A stretch of DNA of 63,522 nucleotides, counting the filler, from Folioceros fuciformis (lineage: Eukaryota): assembly GCA_049999805.1 (NCBI GenBank). It is 6 parts of 6 records of this genome, joined end to end, with 100 filler letters (N's around TTAATTAATTAA, not from the genome) between each part and the next. Parts side by side here need not be neighbours in the genome. Positions count along the whole stretch, not along the records: positions 1 to 31,974 come from JBNGIO010005148.1; 5 more parts are not named here. One strand, 5' to 3'. Shown in pieces: positions 1 to 11,869 of this stretch (its first letter is position 1; every line of letters begins with the position of its first letter). The notes beneath the pieces were generated by a model, which made no database searches, had not been told where the DNA came from, and was given only the letters and a program-made list of their open reading frames with translations. A program made the position numbers and the translations under genes.

Positions 1-206
1 CCCATAGGTCCATAAAAGAAGGGATGAACCCACCTAGTATTTGTAGTCTAACTCCCTCTTTACTTGTATTGTGTTGTTTCTTGTAATTCTCCTTTTATTT
101 GAGTTTAAGAGCCTTGTTATAGTGCTCTTATTTTTGGGATTATACATCTTGCTTCAACTTACTTGTTTTAACCTCTTTTGAGCATGGCGGGGGTGACATT
201 TCAACA
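1..206 (+). mobile_element. 3' half of LTR family X (partial copy, cut by window edge)
   Basis: Near-identical to 13229-13437; ends ...GGGGGTGACATTTCAACA; no PBS follows. Confidence 0.9.
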
Positions 207-599
207 CTAATAGCCATTGGCTGTTATCAGTGGTCCCTTCAAATGGGAGCTGGGGCATACCCTTCACAGGTGGTGTTGAAGGAAATGATTGAAGAGGAGG
301 GTAGAATGTGGGTGGAGAATTGAACAGTTTGGCTATCCAGTGATGACGAACGTGGGGACTTTTGCAGAGGACGTGGATGGATGGCACCTCCTAAGAGGAG
401 TGGAGGGACATTGGACATTGGGAGTGTGTGGAGGTATTGTGGGAAGACCTCCCGGATCAACGGCATGGCAAGAGAGCGAGGGGAATGCCAAGAGACTGGA
501 GGGCTTAGGCCGTCACAGTGGGGACGAGCACGCTAATTTAGGAGGAGAGTAGCATCATAGGTCACAATTTTCTTTTGGGATTAGAAGATAAGGTGCTAG

Positions 600-1950
600 T
601 AAATTATGAACCTAGGAACGCCAAAATTGTAGGAGTGCCCATTGATAGGCAGGCTATTTTTAGACTCTAAAAAGTTAGACTCTGAAAAGTTACAAGAGTG
701 ATGGCGCCCGAGCCCTGATGTATAAGAGACTTTGTTGCATCTCTCTCATTAGACAATTTCACGTGTGACCTCCCACGTTTCAAATTTGTGTGTGTTGTAG
801 GTTGAAGTCATCCGATCAATGATGGCCTGATTTGGTGTGTTGTCCTCTTGTCAAAAGAGGACTAGGGAGATCCTTGGGTAGTCGAGAGCTGTGTGACCAA
901 GCTCCGCAACTAGGGTGATGAGTGGTGAAGAGTGTTCAACACTTGGCAAGGGAGAAAATTTTTGCAAGAGATGGGGTGGGAACGCAAGGAGCCAACCAGG
1001 TGTATAATTTTTCCTTTTTCCATTCCGTTGTCTAACCAATTCATGTTTAATCTTAAGGAGGGGTCTATGTGGCCCAAGGTGAGGTTTGTGTGACCTGTGG
1101 AGGAAATTATGTGGGTATTTTGCGCATGGTGGAGTGTGGGTACCTGAAAATGTGGAGTATTAGTGAGAATCACTATGGAGGGAAGTGTCGTGGCGTGTGT
1201 GACCCTAAGCTGCATCTACCAGAGAGATCTGGGTGTGCAATTACATGAGTGTGGCCTAGTGTGCATGAGAATCAGGATGCACAAGTCATAGCTCCCAAAC
1301 AGGTGTGGTAGGGAAACCCGCGCCATTTAAATGCCGTAACGCACGCGCATTGAACGAATGGGTTCCACCATGGTAGTTGTATCCACTATCGAGCTGGCCA
1401 AATCTACTATTGAGGTGGCTGAATCTACCACGATGGCAGACTTAGGTCCCGGATAGTGGTGGTGGGCTCAAGTATGGTAGACAATTACATATGGGTAGGA
1501 ACTCATTGTAGGAATCCATAGATTTAGAACATCTTGACACAAACCATTCCCTTGGGAATGAATCCTAGGACTACAACGACGTAGAGAGTGGACCTCCTTG
1601 TGTCCCTAGACACAAAATCCTATTCCACAATTGGGTGTTTGTATTGAGTAACAAACCTGCCCCTTGTCCCTTGTATGCGTAAGAGTTGGGAAAGCTTACC
1701 AACGTGGGTAAACTGTGCCATGGCTATCCTAGGACATTAGTAGGATACCAAGGAGGCCTCTCGTGCGCTGGCATATGCCTTGGTTGATGATGTGGTTCCA
1801 GGGTAGAGGCTAAGCTTAGAGTGGGGTCCCGAGTAGCTTTGGACAAGATAAGTTCCAACAAAGGTTGAGGAGCCAAGTTGTTCTTAGTCGATGAATGAAA
1901 TTATCCACTTGTGTGGAATCCAGCAAGAGAGGTGTGCCCACATGGTGCTA
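600..1950 (-). repeat. Degenerate dispersed repeat, probably LTR-retroelement derived; related to 37100-38650
   Basis: Reverse complement of ~1530-1630 (TTGTGTCTAGGGACAC..GAGGTCCAC..GTTGTAG..CCCAAGGGAATG) aligns by eye with 37645-37750. Outer boundaries are approximate. Confidence 0.5.
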
Positions 1951-2061
1951 GTTAACAATCATAACTTAGTGCACCAACACCTCGTATTGAGTTGTGCTGG
2001 TGTATTCTCTAACATATAAACACACCTTGAATTGAGCTTATGAATCTAAGTGAACACGCGT

Positions 2062-2215
2062 ACCAGACAAAGGATACATAGCTAGTACGACATAAAGGAT
2101 ACATTGCTAGTATGAGAAAAAGGATACATTGCTAGTACTGAACAAAAGATACGTTGCTAATATGAGAAAGTATACATTCCTAGTACCAAACAAATGATAC
2201 ATTGCTAGTACAAGA
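2062..2215. repeat. Tandem repeat, ~25-27 bp unit, ~6 copies
   Basis: Recurring AAAGGATACATTGCTAGTA core. Confidence 0.85.
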
Positions 2216-2460
2216 AATATTCCTTTGCAGCAAATTACAAGTCAAGCTTTATTGAAGTAGAACTTTGGCATCTATTAAGAATGAGGGCCAAACCTAATGT
2301 TATGGCATACTATGGAGGATAAGCGACCCTTGGATCATGGTCGATATCTCATGGCTTGCAAAAGGCCTCCTATTTTGTGAATCAAGACATGTAGTAATTG
2401 ACATTTGCAACCAAGTGGCCTATAAATGGCGCATGTTGACATCAAAATGTTTCATTTATC

Positions 2461-2711
2461 GACTTGTGATAATCAACATGTTGGCGTAGTCAACATGATA
2501 TGTGACAATCCACAAGTTGGCATACTCAACATGATTGGTGACAATCAACATGTTGGCATTGTCAACATGACCTGGGACAATGAACAAGTTGGCATTGTCA
2601 ATATGACTTGTGACAATCATTAAGTTGGCATACTCAACATGATAAGTGACAATCAACATGTTGGCATTGTCAATATGACTTGTGACAATCAATATGTTGG
2701 CATTGTCAACA
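2461..2711. repeat. Tandem repeat, 36 bp unit, ~7 copies, internally palindromic
   Basis: Unit TGACAATCAACATGTTGGCATTGTCAACATGACTTG; explains the 12-aa periodic ORFs 2426-2623 and 2456-2692. Confidence 0.9.
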
Positions 2712-2892
2712 TAAAAAACAAAGGATGAACATTGTCACCATACGAGGGTGAATTCAATGTGACACTATGAGCTTCTACCTGGATGACGAAAAGGTCAACA
2801 TGTCAAAGCTGATGTCATCAAACCGAGTGGAGCCCTAACCCTAATGAAACCCTGGGTTCGACTGCGCAAAAACTTTTCCTCGAAGTGTGCAT

Positions 2893-3236
2893 TTGGTACA
2901 CCACGTGTGTGTGAGCTAGATCTTGTTTCCCAAATTTCCCAAATGTGCTCGCTGATGGCTTGGTGAAAGTGGCAATCACAAGGATATAAAATGAGCAGAT
3001 TGAGCACAAATGAGCCTGCGAGGAGCTTGGTGAAAGTAGCAATAACAAGGACACAAGATTGAGCAGAAATAAACCTGCCGAGGAGCTCCGTGAAATTGGT
3101 ACACCACGTGTATATGAGTTAGAACTTGTTTCCCAAATGTGCTCGCTGATGGCTTGGTGAAAGTGGCAATCACAAGGATATAAAATGAGCAGATTGAGCA
3201 CAAATGAGCCTGCAAGGAGCTTGGTGAAAGTGGCAG
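2893..3236. repeat. Direct duplication (~195-200 bp period) with ~62 bp sub-repeats
   Basis: CCCAAATGTGCTCGCTGATGGCTTGGTGAAAGTGGCAATCACAAGG at ~2938 and ~3132. Confidence 0.85.
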
Positions 3237-3890
3237 TCGCAGTCATTCTCTGTTGAACTTTGAAGTTCTGGGGTGATAGGGATAGAGTCGTCTGGCCTCG
3301 ACGTGGGAAAGCCCTTCAACGGGTGCAGAGGAGAGCACAAGGTAAAGCACTAACTGAAGCAATATTCATTTTAACTTCCGATGTATCTTAGTTTCGACGC
3401 CCTTGTTTCGAAAGCTATGTACACCATCAATACCTGAGTGAAGCCTGACTTTTACCAGCTTTTCGACCGAGGGCGCTGGCAAAACTAGTATATATCCAGC
3501 GGGCAGTCACATTCCTACTGGATACAGCTCTACATGCCAAGTGTTGCAGTTCGTTGAGACCGAACAAAGCTAGCTCCTGACGCACATGCACTGGTTCCGG
3601 GAATCAAACCTCCTCTCATCACATCACACCAAGGCGTTGATAAGTGAACACAGAAGATGTTCAACCAAAGTGCCATCTACCTAGATGTATTACGTCTAAG
3701 CAACTGTATATGGACCATTACCACCCTGCCAAAACAGCAGCGCTCGATTGCATCCAGAAGCTTCAGGAGACTCTCTGCACCAAATCTTCTCTAGAAATGT
3801 GTGCAATTTAAAACATCTACAAGTGCTGCCCAATTAGCTAGATCACAGACACCCTACCAACTCATTCAGTCAGGATCTGACCGAAAGCTA

Positions 3891-6800
3891 CTACATGAGA
3901 CCGTGGCCAGGCATACCTGGAATACTGCGATTGACCTCCATGCCAAACCACCTTTCTATTCCTGCATTACCGGTTGCAGCATTATTACTTATGAAGTTCA
4001 ATACATCGTGTCCTTTATTAGCATGTCCAACATCTGAGCCATAAAGTGCCGCAGACATGAACCCCCCTGCTGGCAGGTGTCCACCTCCTAGCTGCCCAGG
4101 AGGCTGTGCGCGAGCATTATGACCCGGTTGATGGAAGATAGCATTGTGACCGGAGTGCACAGAAGGCCCATTCAGGGGAAAAATGGGAATCCCGGGCTGT
4201 CCTTGCTTAGATGCAAGGCCGTGAGGAACATGCAGGGGATGATCATGAATAAAAGGACCACCGTTCATTCCCTGAAAAAAAGGTCCCCTCTGTGGCAAAC
4301 GCGCAGGACCAATGAACGGATTAGGAACTGGGCCCACAGGACCGACCTGGTGATACGCCCCTTGTCCAAGATGTGCGGGTGGTGATTGAAAATGGATTGA
4401 TCCCGATGATGAGGCATGCAGAAAGGACCTGCCCCCATTGTCAGGAATAGGACCATATCCAAAATAAGGGAAGTCCACGGCATTAGCACCACCGAACTGA
4501 GGCTGCATCTGCTGCTGAGGCCGATATGGCTGGTGCGAAAATCCAGAGTACCCACCCGGACTTGGTCCCTGTGACACCAAAGACTGTTGCAGGTGGTGAT
4601 GGTGAGGCGTAGGGTGTGCATGGAGGCCTACAACTGAGGATGCAAGGGGCCTGTACAACGGAGCGATTGGAAGGCCAGATTGGGGCTGCTGCAAAAGCTG
4701 TCCCTGATAAGTGGAGTAAGCAGCTTGATGTGGTCGCATGAGGCTGCCTTTCAGCTGAGCTGAAGCACTTACTCGGGATTGAGGTTGCGCTCCACCTGAA
4801 TACCCACCCAAACTACCATCCAGTGTGGACATCAACTCTGTTGCCTTACTTTTTAATGATGCACCAGTTCTCTCGCTCTTGCCAAACACAGAACCATTTT
4901 CGGCAGGAGAAGCCTTCCCTCCACTCTCATCGTCAAAAGCCCAGGAACAAGTGGAACTTTGTTTACCTGAACTAACACTCTCCCGCTTGTCCACTGCAAT
5001 CAAATCCTCAGAAATATCAGCCAAATTTGAAGGAAGCTTCAACGGACTTTCCAAAATGGAACTTCCTAGTGGAGGATCTCGTTTTAAATCAGGAATCCTT
5101 GTAAGAGGTGAGCCTTTCACGAGAATATCATGGCCAGTTCCAAAAAAACCATCCACGTCAGCACCGATGGGTCTTGGCACAACCTGCATGGAATTGCTCA
5201 ATTTAACGAGCTCTACTTCTGTAGGTTCAACAGAGGAGCCCTTGTCTTCAGATAAATCGGTCGTCAGGACACTTCCATAGCTGCCTTGGGGTGTAAACCG
5301 CTTCGACTCTTGTGCTAAAAGTGGGTGGCCATTTGCCCACAAGAGTTGGTTAACACTCGGAGACAGAGGAACACTCTCACTACCTGATGTAGTACTTGTT
5401 TTCAGTGCAAAACGGTCCACATCCCTGATTTCCGTATGAGATTCTTCAGAGGTCGAATCTGATGCTGTTGGTCTGGACACTCGACCAATAGTACCATAAG
5501 AAGGCTTTGAAGCACCATTGTTACCTACTGAAGTGTGCCATACACTGTTGAAAGATGATAGTGAAGGCTGTTGCACATCATCTTTTCCTTCAATTGCCTT
5601 GTCCGAAGGAGTCTTCATGGAGACGGGCTTATCCTGAGCTCGCAGTTCATTCATGAATGCCTTCCCAAACAGTGACTCCAAAGTGCCGTACTCCCCAGAG
5701 ACCTTTGTGTCAATCTGCGAACTCGGTTGACCCTTAGAAGCCCAGTCCAAGTGAATTGCCTCATTAATTAAGCCCTGATAATCGGCTGGATGCACTTCTT
5801 CACTGACAGCGACCTCAACCGCTTGAGGGACTTGGCTACTTATCTTGTGATTTGAGGATTTCCTCTGCAACAGTGACAATAGATGCCGAGACGCATTACC
5901 ATCTGAGGTCTCAACCTGCTTACCCTCTGAATCCAGTAAACTACTGGGCACTGCCGTGGTTAGAACCCTGCTTTCAAGTGTACGATCTGCTTCAGCAATA
6001 ATTGACAGTTCAATATCTTCACAAGTAAGGAAAACAGGGGGAAGCTTTGGAATCACAGCTTCTGCTGATGCAGAGGACTCATGGCCGTCCTTCCGTACCG
6101 AACTCCTTGGCAGAACCACCTTAGCCCTGATATCAAGCACATCCAATGCCCCAAAGCCCGTTGATGATCCAGTTCCCACAGCCGCAAGACCCTTCTCAAT
6201 ATCCTCCAAGGATGGGCCAGGTGGCATTGGCAAGACTCGGCCTTGGTGTTTCAGAGGTAGAGAAGTTGAAGAAACCGAATTCTGCTCCTGCAGGAAAGCT
6301 TCAGAAATTCCGCCTTCCACCAGTGGCCTTGACACACATGCAGAAGACTTCGCACTCTTCGGCAAAGGTGAATGACCGTCAGCAGAATCCACAAGAAAAC
6401 TTCTCCCTGAAATTTCTGTTGCACGTACCACAAGCCAAATATCTCAGAATCCTTAGAACACAGTGAGCAATTTGGCCCACTGAGAAAGATATCTACTACC
6501 AAGAAACTCGTAAAGATACACTTAAACCCTTGTTAGAGGATACCTTCAGAGGCAGACCATTTCACAAGTTTCAGACTGTCCTGGTCAAAATCAGACCAAG
6601 CGTGTTCTCCTACGTCCAGGGTGTTTTCCTGTCACATGTCAGTCATTCATGGCAATGTGAGAGACCATCAATGCAATCCTTGACAGAAACTCAACTCATG
6701 TACAATCCAAATCTTCTTCCATGGTCTTGCTTCATGGACTTTATGAAGATAAGAAAATAAACTAGGTGTATACCGTAAACAAGGGGAGTGAGCGAGCGTG

Positions 6801-9543
6801 GCTGCTGTCCATGCTTGCTTTGCCAAACAGTTTATCAAGCACAGAACGTGGCTCCGTACTTAAACCAACTGCCATCCCGTCTGAGTTGATGTTCTCAAAT
6901 TGCATATCCTTAGGCTTCGAACCTCTATTGATAGCGAGCTCCCAGTCATCCAAAGTCTCCTCTGCTTGCCTTCTGTTGCTGGTCACAGCATCCAATAGTG
7001 GATGGAGTACTGTGATCGGATTTTCTAGGATTGTTTTTGAAGATGGAACCACAGAGATTATTTCGTAATTTTCGTCATGATCTCTGCGTTCTAGGGCAGT
7101 TGAAGAAGCATCTGCTTCCTGCTTAGGCTTTGAAGAAGTATCATGCAAGTCACTCACACCATCAATTATGTCATCCACAGCAGTGGCTACTTGTATTCCC
7201 TCCTCCTGGTCAAAGCATTGGAAAACAGAAAAACATTAGGAAGTCCAGATGACAGCTTTATAAGAAATCTCCAGTTATACTTGCAAAGGAAAGTGACAGA
7301 CTACTTTTGTAAAAGTACCAACCAGATAGTGTCATAGGGCCACCAATTAATTGCCCAACTGACTACCATGTATTCAAAAATATGACATAAAACTTCAGAC
7401 CTCTCAACTATGACCCACTACTGATAAAAAAACGCAGTCATGCAGTCCATAAGACAAAGGAAAACTTACTCCATAAAGGCGACTCTCGTTGTTGCCCAGT
7501 TGAGAGCTAGGCTTCACCTGAAGAGTTATCGCAAACCCTGGAGGAACCGCAGGCCGAGGTATTGAAGTGCTTGAGTGATTAGTTGAAGGCGCTGGATTTG
7601 CAGTCTTGAGATTAAAGCCAATCGACCTATTTGGCGACTTTGGAGAAGAGCCCCCCTTTCCATCCACAGACGTTCTTGAATCCCAAAGACTGCTCTCATC
7701 ATGCTTTCTATTGATTTTCTGTTCATCATTCAAAAGCTGCTGCTCCTTCGATTGATGGTATTCTTGCAGCTGCCGCTGATGCTGCTTCCGCATGAGCTCA
7801 AATGACTCTGCATAAGACAGGCTGTCATGTACATCAATATCTCCAACACGAAAGACATGCCATTTAGGGCCTCGTTAAGATCCAACCAACCTTTTCGCTT
7901 CCGCTCCTGTTCCACTCTCTCTTCACTTGAAGGATCATCAAATCCAAAAGTTTCATCATTGATAAAGTCCGTTTCCTCCCGCCGCGCATATGGAGATGCC
8001 TGAAAATGTCAGGAGCCATGGTGGTGACATCCTAGACACCTCTAACACACCAATGAACTCCAAAGACGTTTCACATAACAGGCTTCTCAATGGCAAGTAT
8101 GTTTCAGTTCACCTTGACCTGTCTAGTTGGCTGATACTGGTCATGGCCACGGCCATAGCGAGTAAATCCAGTATATCTTGACGCATTGCCTGGAAGGGCA
8201 CTTGCAAAGCGAGGACCACCACCACTGCCCAGGAGGCCATCACGCTCAGATGATACCCAACCAGAACGGCCTGTCACACCAGCTTGCCCACAAGTACGGG
8301 CTCCAGAATCTGAGACACAACCATGCCAAACATTTTAGAACTTAAGTCCTTGAACATCCTAGCTTCAGAATCCAGATCAGAGAAGCCCCAACATCTACGG
8401 GAAAGCAGATTGCAACTAACACATAAAAGTTAAATAGCAAGTAAACGATCAACATCAGAGTGGTTATCAGGATTTCTCCCCGCAAGTAAATGTCAAGAAG
8501 AAGCCTACCCAACTCATCTACATCCCAGTCATGAAATGGGCGCCTATCTTTTTCTCTGTCACACCCTGCTCGGTGCTCCCGCTTGCCCTGACCAGAAGCA
8601 CCTGCGCCTGCAGGCCTGTCAACAGAGCGAACATGCCCATTCTCACCCCAGTTTGCAGCTGGCCTGGGTGGGTAGCTGGTTGAAAATGCATTCCCGTATT
8701 CATCATCATACGGTTTTCGCTTAGGGCCTGTTTGGATCCCTGATACGCCACTTGATCCACTTGATCCAGGGCGCCATGAGTCTTTTCGCCATTCTGGAAT
8801 CTCCTGTGGAGATCTGACGTGGACCTCACTGCGCATGTCATACCACATTTGCTCCGAGGGTGATTGGTATGACATCATGTTTCCAGCCATACCAATTAAA
8901 TAGAAGACCGCAACCATCAAACAATTGGGATCAGGCCTCACCTGTCCCTATCTCGGCGTGGCAAGCCTCGAGATGCTGGGACAGGAATTGCGACACCACC
9001 ATCCACAATTTCCGAAGGGGGAGGATCTCTGCAAACCAGATGAAATTGGTACATCAGTACAGGAACTTGATTTGATTAGGTAAAAGAGCCGACATCATTG
9101 GATCAGGAAAATTCTACAAAAGATAAACTTCGGATACAAATGAAGATCACAAGTGCCATCCTATACTTGACCCTGGCCAACTAGTAACAGCAGTAATAGT
9201 ATTACCTCCACAGTACCGGGTCAAGACCACCGGGCCGTAATTTGCAAGATTCATGATCAGCAAAGGACAAGAGAAAATCCCTTGTGTAGCAATGCTTGGC
9301 AGATCTGCAGTCAAAAAGACAATGGCACAATCAACGTGACATGTGCTCTAACACTTGACTTGCAGTACAAGCAGTAGAACCCGGTGTCACAGGACACATT
9401 GCAAGTACCAGTACAGGAGATAAAACGACACCCACGATTCAACGATGGCAGGCAAGAGACAGGGTCAGAAATTACTTGGACGTCAGACAAGGAGAAGCTG
9501 GATATCCATCGGTTGCACCAGGGCCAACTCCTTTCTCACCCAT
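3891..9543 (-). CDS. CBE1: CBE1-like (Conserved Binding of eIF4E 1, AT4G01290 family) protein, 10 exons, ~1419 aa
   Basis: Phase-consistent GT-AG exons 9543-9476, 9304-9206, 9028-8942, 8828-8509, 8309-8113, 7999-7891, 7807-7470, 7205-6774, 6628-6544, 6415-3891 (4260 nt). N-terminal eIF4E-binding motif YTRDFLL. Family motifs DGLLGSG, NDETFG..ERKRKESFELMRK, SVLDKLFG, LTCEDIE, ASRHLLSLLQ, TLESLFGKAFMNEL. Confidence 0.88.
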
Positions 9544-10250
9544 CTGAGTCGAGACTTCGAAAACTTTGGACAATCCCGAAACCACATTCGAAGCGCCTGC
9601 ACACTCGACCTACGACAATCTGAGGCACCAGCCTGACTGATCTGCAGCTGCCACAAAGTTCGCTCCGCGCCGAGGGCTGGGCAGATCCAAAGACAAATCA
9701 TCCACTAGAAACCTCGATCCAACGTGCCACGGTATTCCTAAACTCCAGCACGTCAGTATATAACAGAAAGGATCCTATGAGATACACAATGGACCGATAG
9801 GAGGTTTTGTACATTTATACCAAAACCTATATAGGTTAGATATAAGAAAAGAAAAGTCGTCTATTTTAATCCACTTGACGAAAATTTTCTCAACGAAACT
9901 TCGTACTTAAGGCGCAGTCCGAAATCCTTGGCCTATGGGAAAGTAAGGATTATTTTCTTACCTTGGATCTCAATCCTTCCATATCTAATTTTTGATTTTT
10001 AAGTAGAATTATTATTTTCATCGTCCCAAGAGGGTAGAATAGTGTTCTTATTATTGGCTCATGCTATTAATAGTATAGAATAATGGAAAATGTCCAAGAT
10101 ATTGTATTTTAAATTCTACTATTCTTATTTCTTATTCTTCATGAAGATATTCTTAGTAAGGTATGAAATAGTTTTTAAAATCACCTATTATATGATTAAA
10201 GATTGATTTTGTTTAACATAGGTAGATATTATTTTGTCATTTTTTTTACG

Positions 10251-10293
10251 GTATTTTCTATTATTGAAAAAGAGATGAAAGTCCCATCTACTC
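10251..10293 (-). repeat. Short dispersed repeat upstream of CBE1; matches 44722-44765 and the CRE-like 3' tail at ~43976-44005
   Basis: GTATTTTCTATTATTGAAAAAGAGATGAAAGTCCCATCTACTC versus GTATTTTCTATGATTGAAAAAGAGATGGAAAGTCCCATCTACTC. Confidence 0.7.
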
Positions 10294-11185
10294 CAAAGAT
10301 ATAGATAGATATTATTTTGTCATCTCTTTTACTACAATACAAGTCTTCAAACTTTTTTTATTCATTTTAAGGGTTTTAAATAATACTTATAAATGAATAT
10401 TCACATGCTCCATCCATATCGAATACAAAAGGATTAGACAAGACATATGTTTCCGTTCTCCACAAATTAACCATACTCCACTTACATCAATACTTGCAAA
10501 CATGATATGCATGCATCCAAATGCTTACAAGAGCTAAATGACCAATCATGGTACATGTGCCAATATTATCTCTCATGGTTGTGTCACTTGCTCTTTACTA
10601 CTTATGTAAGGGCCATGCAATAGGCTCCTACAATACATGGCATAACATGTACTTGTCACAAATGACCTTACATCTTCACACTTGCTGCTTTACCCCCAAG
10701 ATAGCCAACAACATATACTAGTTTATCTTCACTATGCACTCTTCCAATTAAGTTGAAACTCTTCCTCATACAAAGCTACAATCTCTTCAATTTGGTTTCT
10801 TCCCCTAACTCTTCTCCACAATATCTAGCAACATATATTAGTATGTTCTATGCACCCTCTTCTCTAGTTGTGGCGGAAAACTCTCCCTTGTATACAATTA
10901 TGGCTCACTTTACCCCAATGTTAGCTAGCAACATATATTATTTTATTTCTACTATTCATAACTCTAGCTAGTTTAGAAAACTCTCCCTTATGTATAATTG
11001 TGGTGTGTTCAATTTGGACCCCTTCTTCCCTTCCTTGCCTATTATCTAAAACTCTACTTACACTAGTGCAAACAATTCTTCTCACACATTCATCATGTCC
11101 TTGGCTTGTGCTTCAATCATTGCCTTATGAATACCACATTGATAGATCCCTTTCTTGAACAATATCACGCGGAGATGGAAAAAAA

Positions 11186-11690
11186 CATAGGTGAAAGGCA
11201 ATTGTTGTGAGAATGGGTTCATGTTGGCCAAAACTAGGCGTGATGGGGAGGACCATAGGTGAAAGGCAATCATTGTGAGAATGCGTTCATGTTGGCCAAG
11301 ACTAGGGATGATGGGGAGGATTCCCCTACATGACCATGGACGTTTTGTTGCTGATGGACGGTCTACGCAACGTGCAATGGCGTATAAGCACATGATTTGC
11401 AATGGCAACCACATCAAAATCCTTTATGAATACTATTGGAGAATAACACAAGATAGTGGGGTTCTCACTTGCCTCGAAATGGAAATGGCGCAGGGGTAGT
11501 GCTTGTTTGCACTTAATGGCAATAATACTCTTTTCATTTGGCCTCATCAAGTGACACAATGAATCTTCCACCTAATGGCAATGATACACTTTTCATTTTG
11601 CCTCATCAAGTGATACAATGAATCTTCCACCTGATGGCAATCATACTCTTTTATTTGGCCTCATCAAGTGACACAATGCATCTTGCACAA
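11186..11690. repeat. Two short tandem arrays (~67 bp x2 at 11186-11320; ~59 bp x3 at 11513-11690)
   Basis: CATAGGTGAAAGGCAAT occurs twice; GCCTCATCAAGTGA(C/T)ACAATG occurs three times. Confidence 0.8.
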
Positions 11691-11869
11691 TGATATCGCA
11701 GCCGAGCAATGCGGCTAGGCTCTTAATGTGCCCACAGCTCCGTGTGTGTGAGATTTTATGGAAACTGAAAGTTGAGGTTCCGAAGATAGCCTAGTCATGG
11801 GTAGAATGCCAATAACCTCCGTTACTAGTTGAGGAATAAAAATCAAGGCAGGAAAAAACAAGTGTACTT

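Noticed and set aside
2461-2711. 36-bp palindromic repeats as a CRISPR array
   Set aside because: Head-to-tail units without unique spacers, no cas genes, eukaryotic context.
4119-7068. Plus-strand ORFs overlapping CBE1
   Set aside because: Antisense shadows of long coding exons with no recognisable motifs.
10400-11080. Possible PHD/Cys-rich retroelement remnant on the minus strand
   Set aside because: Too degenerate; no consistent frame or complete motif.
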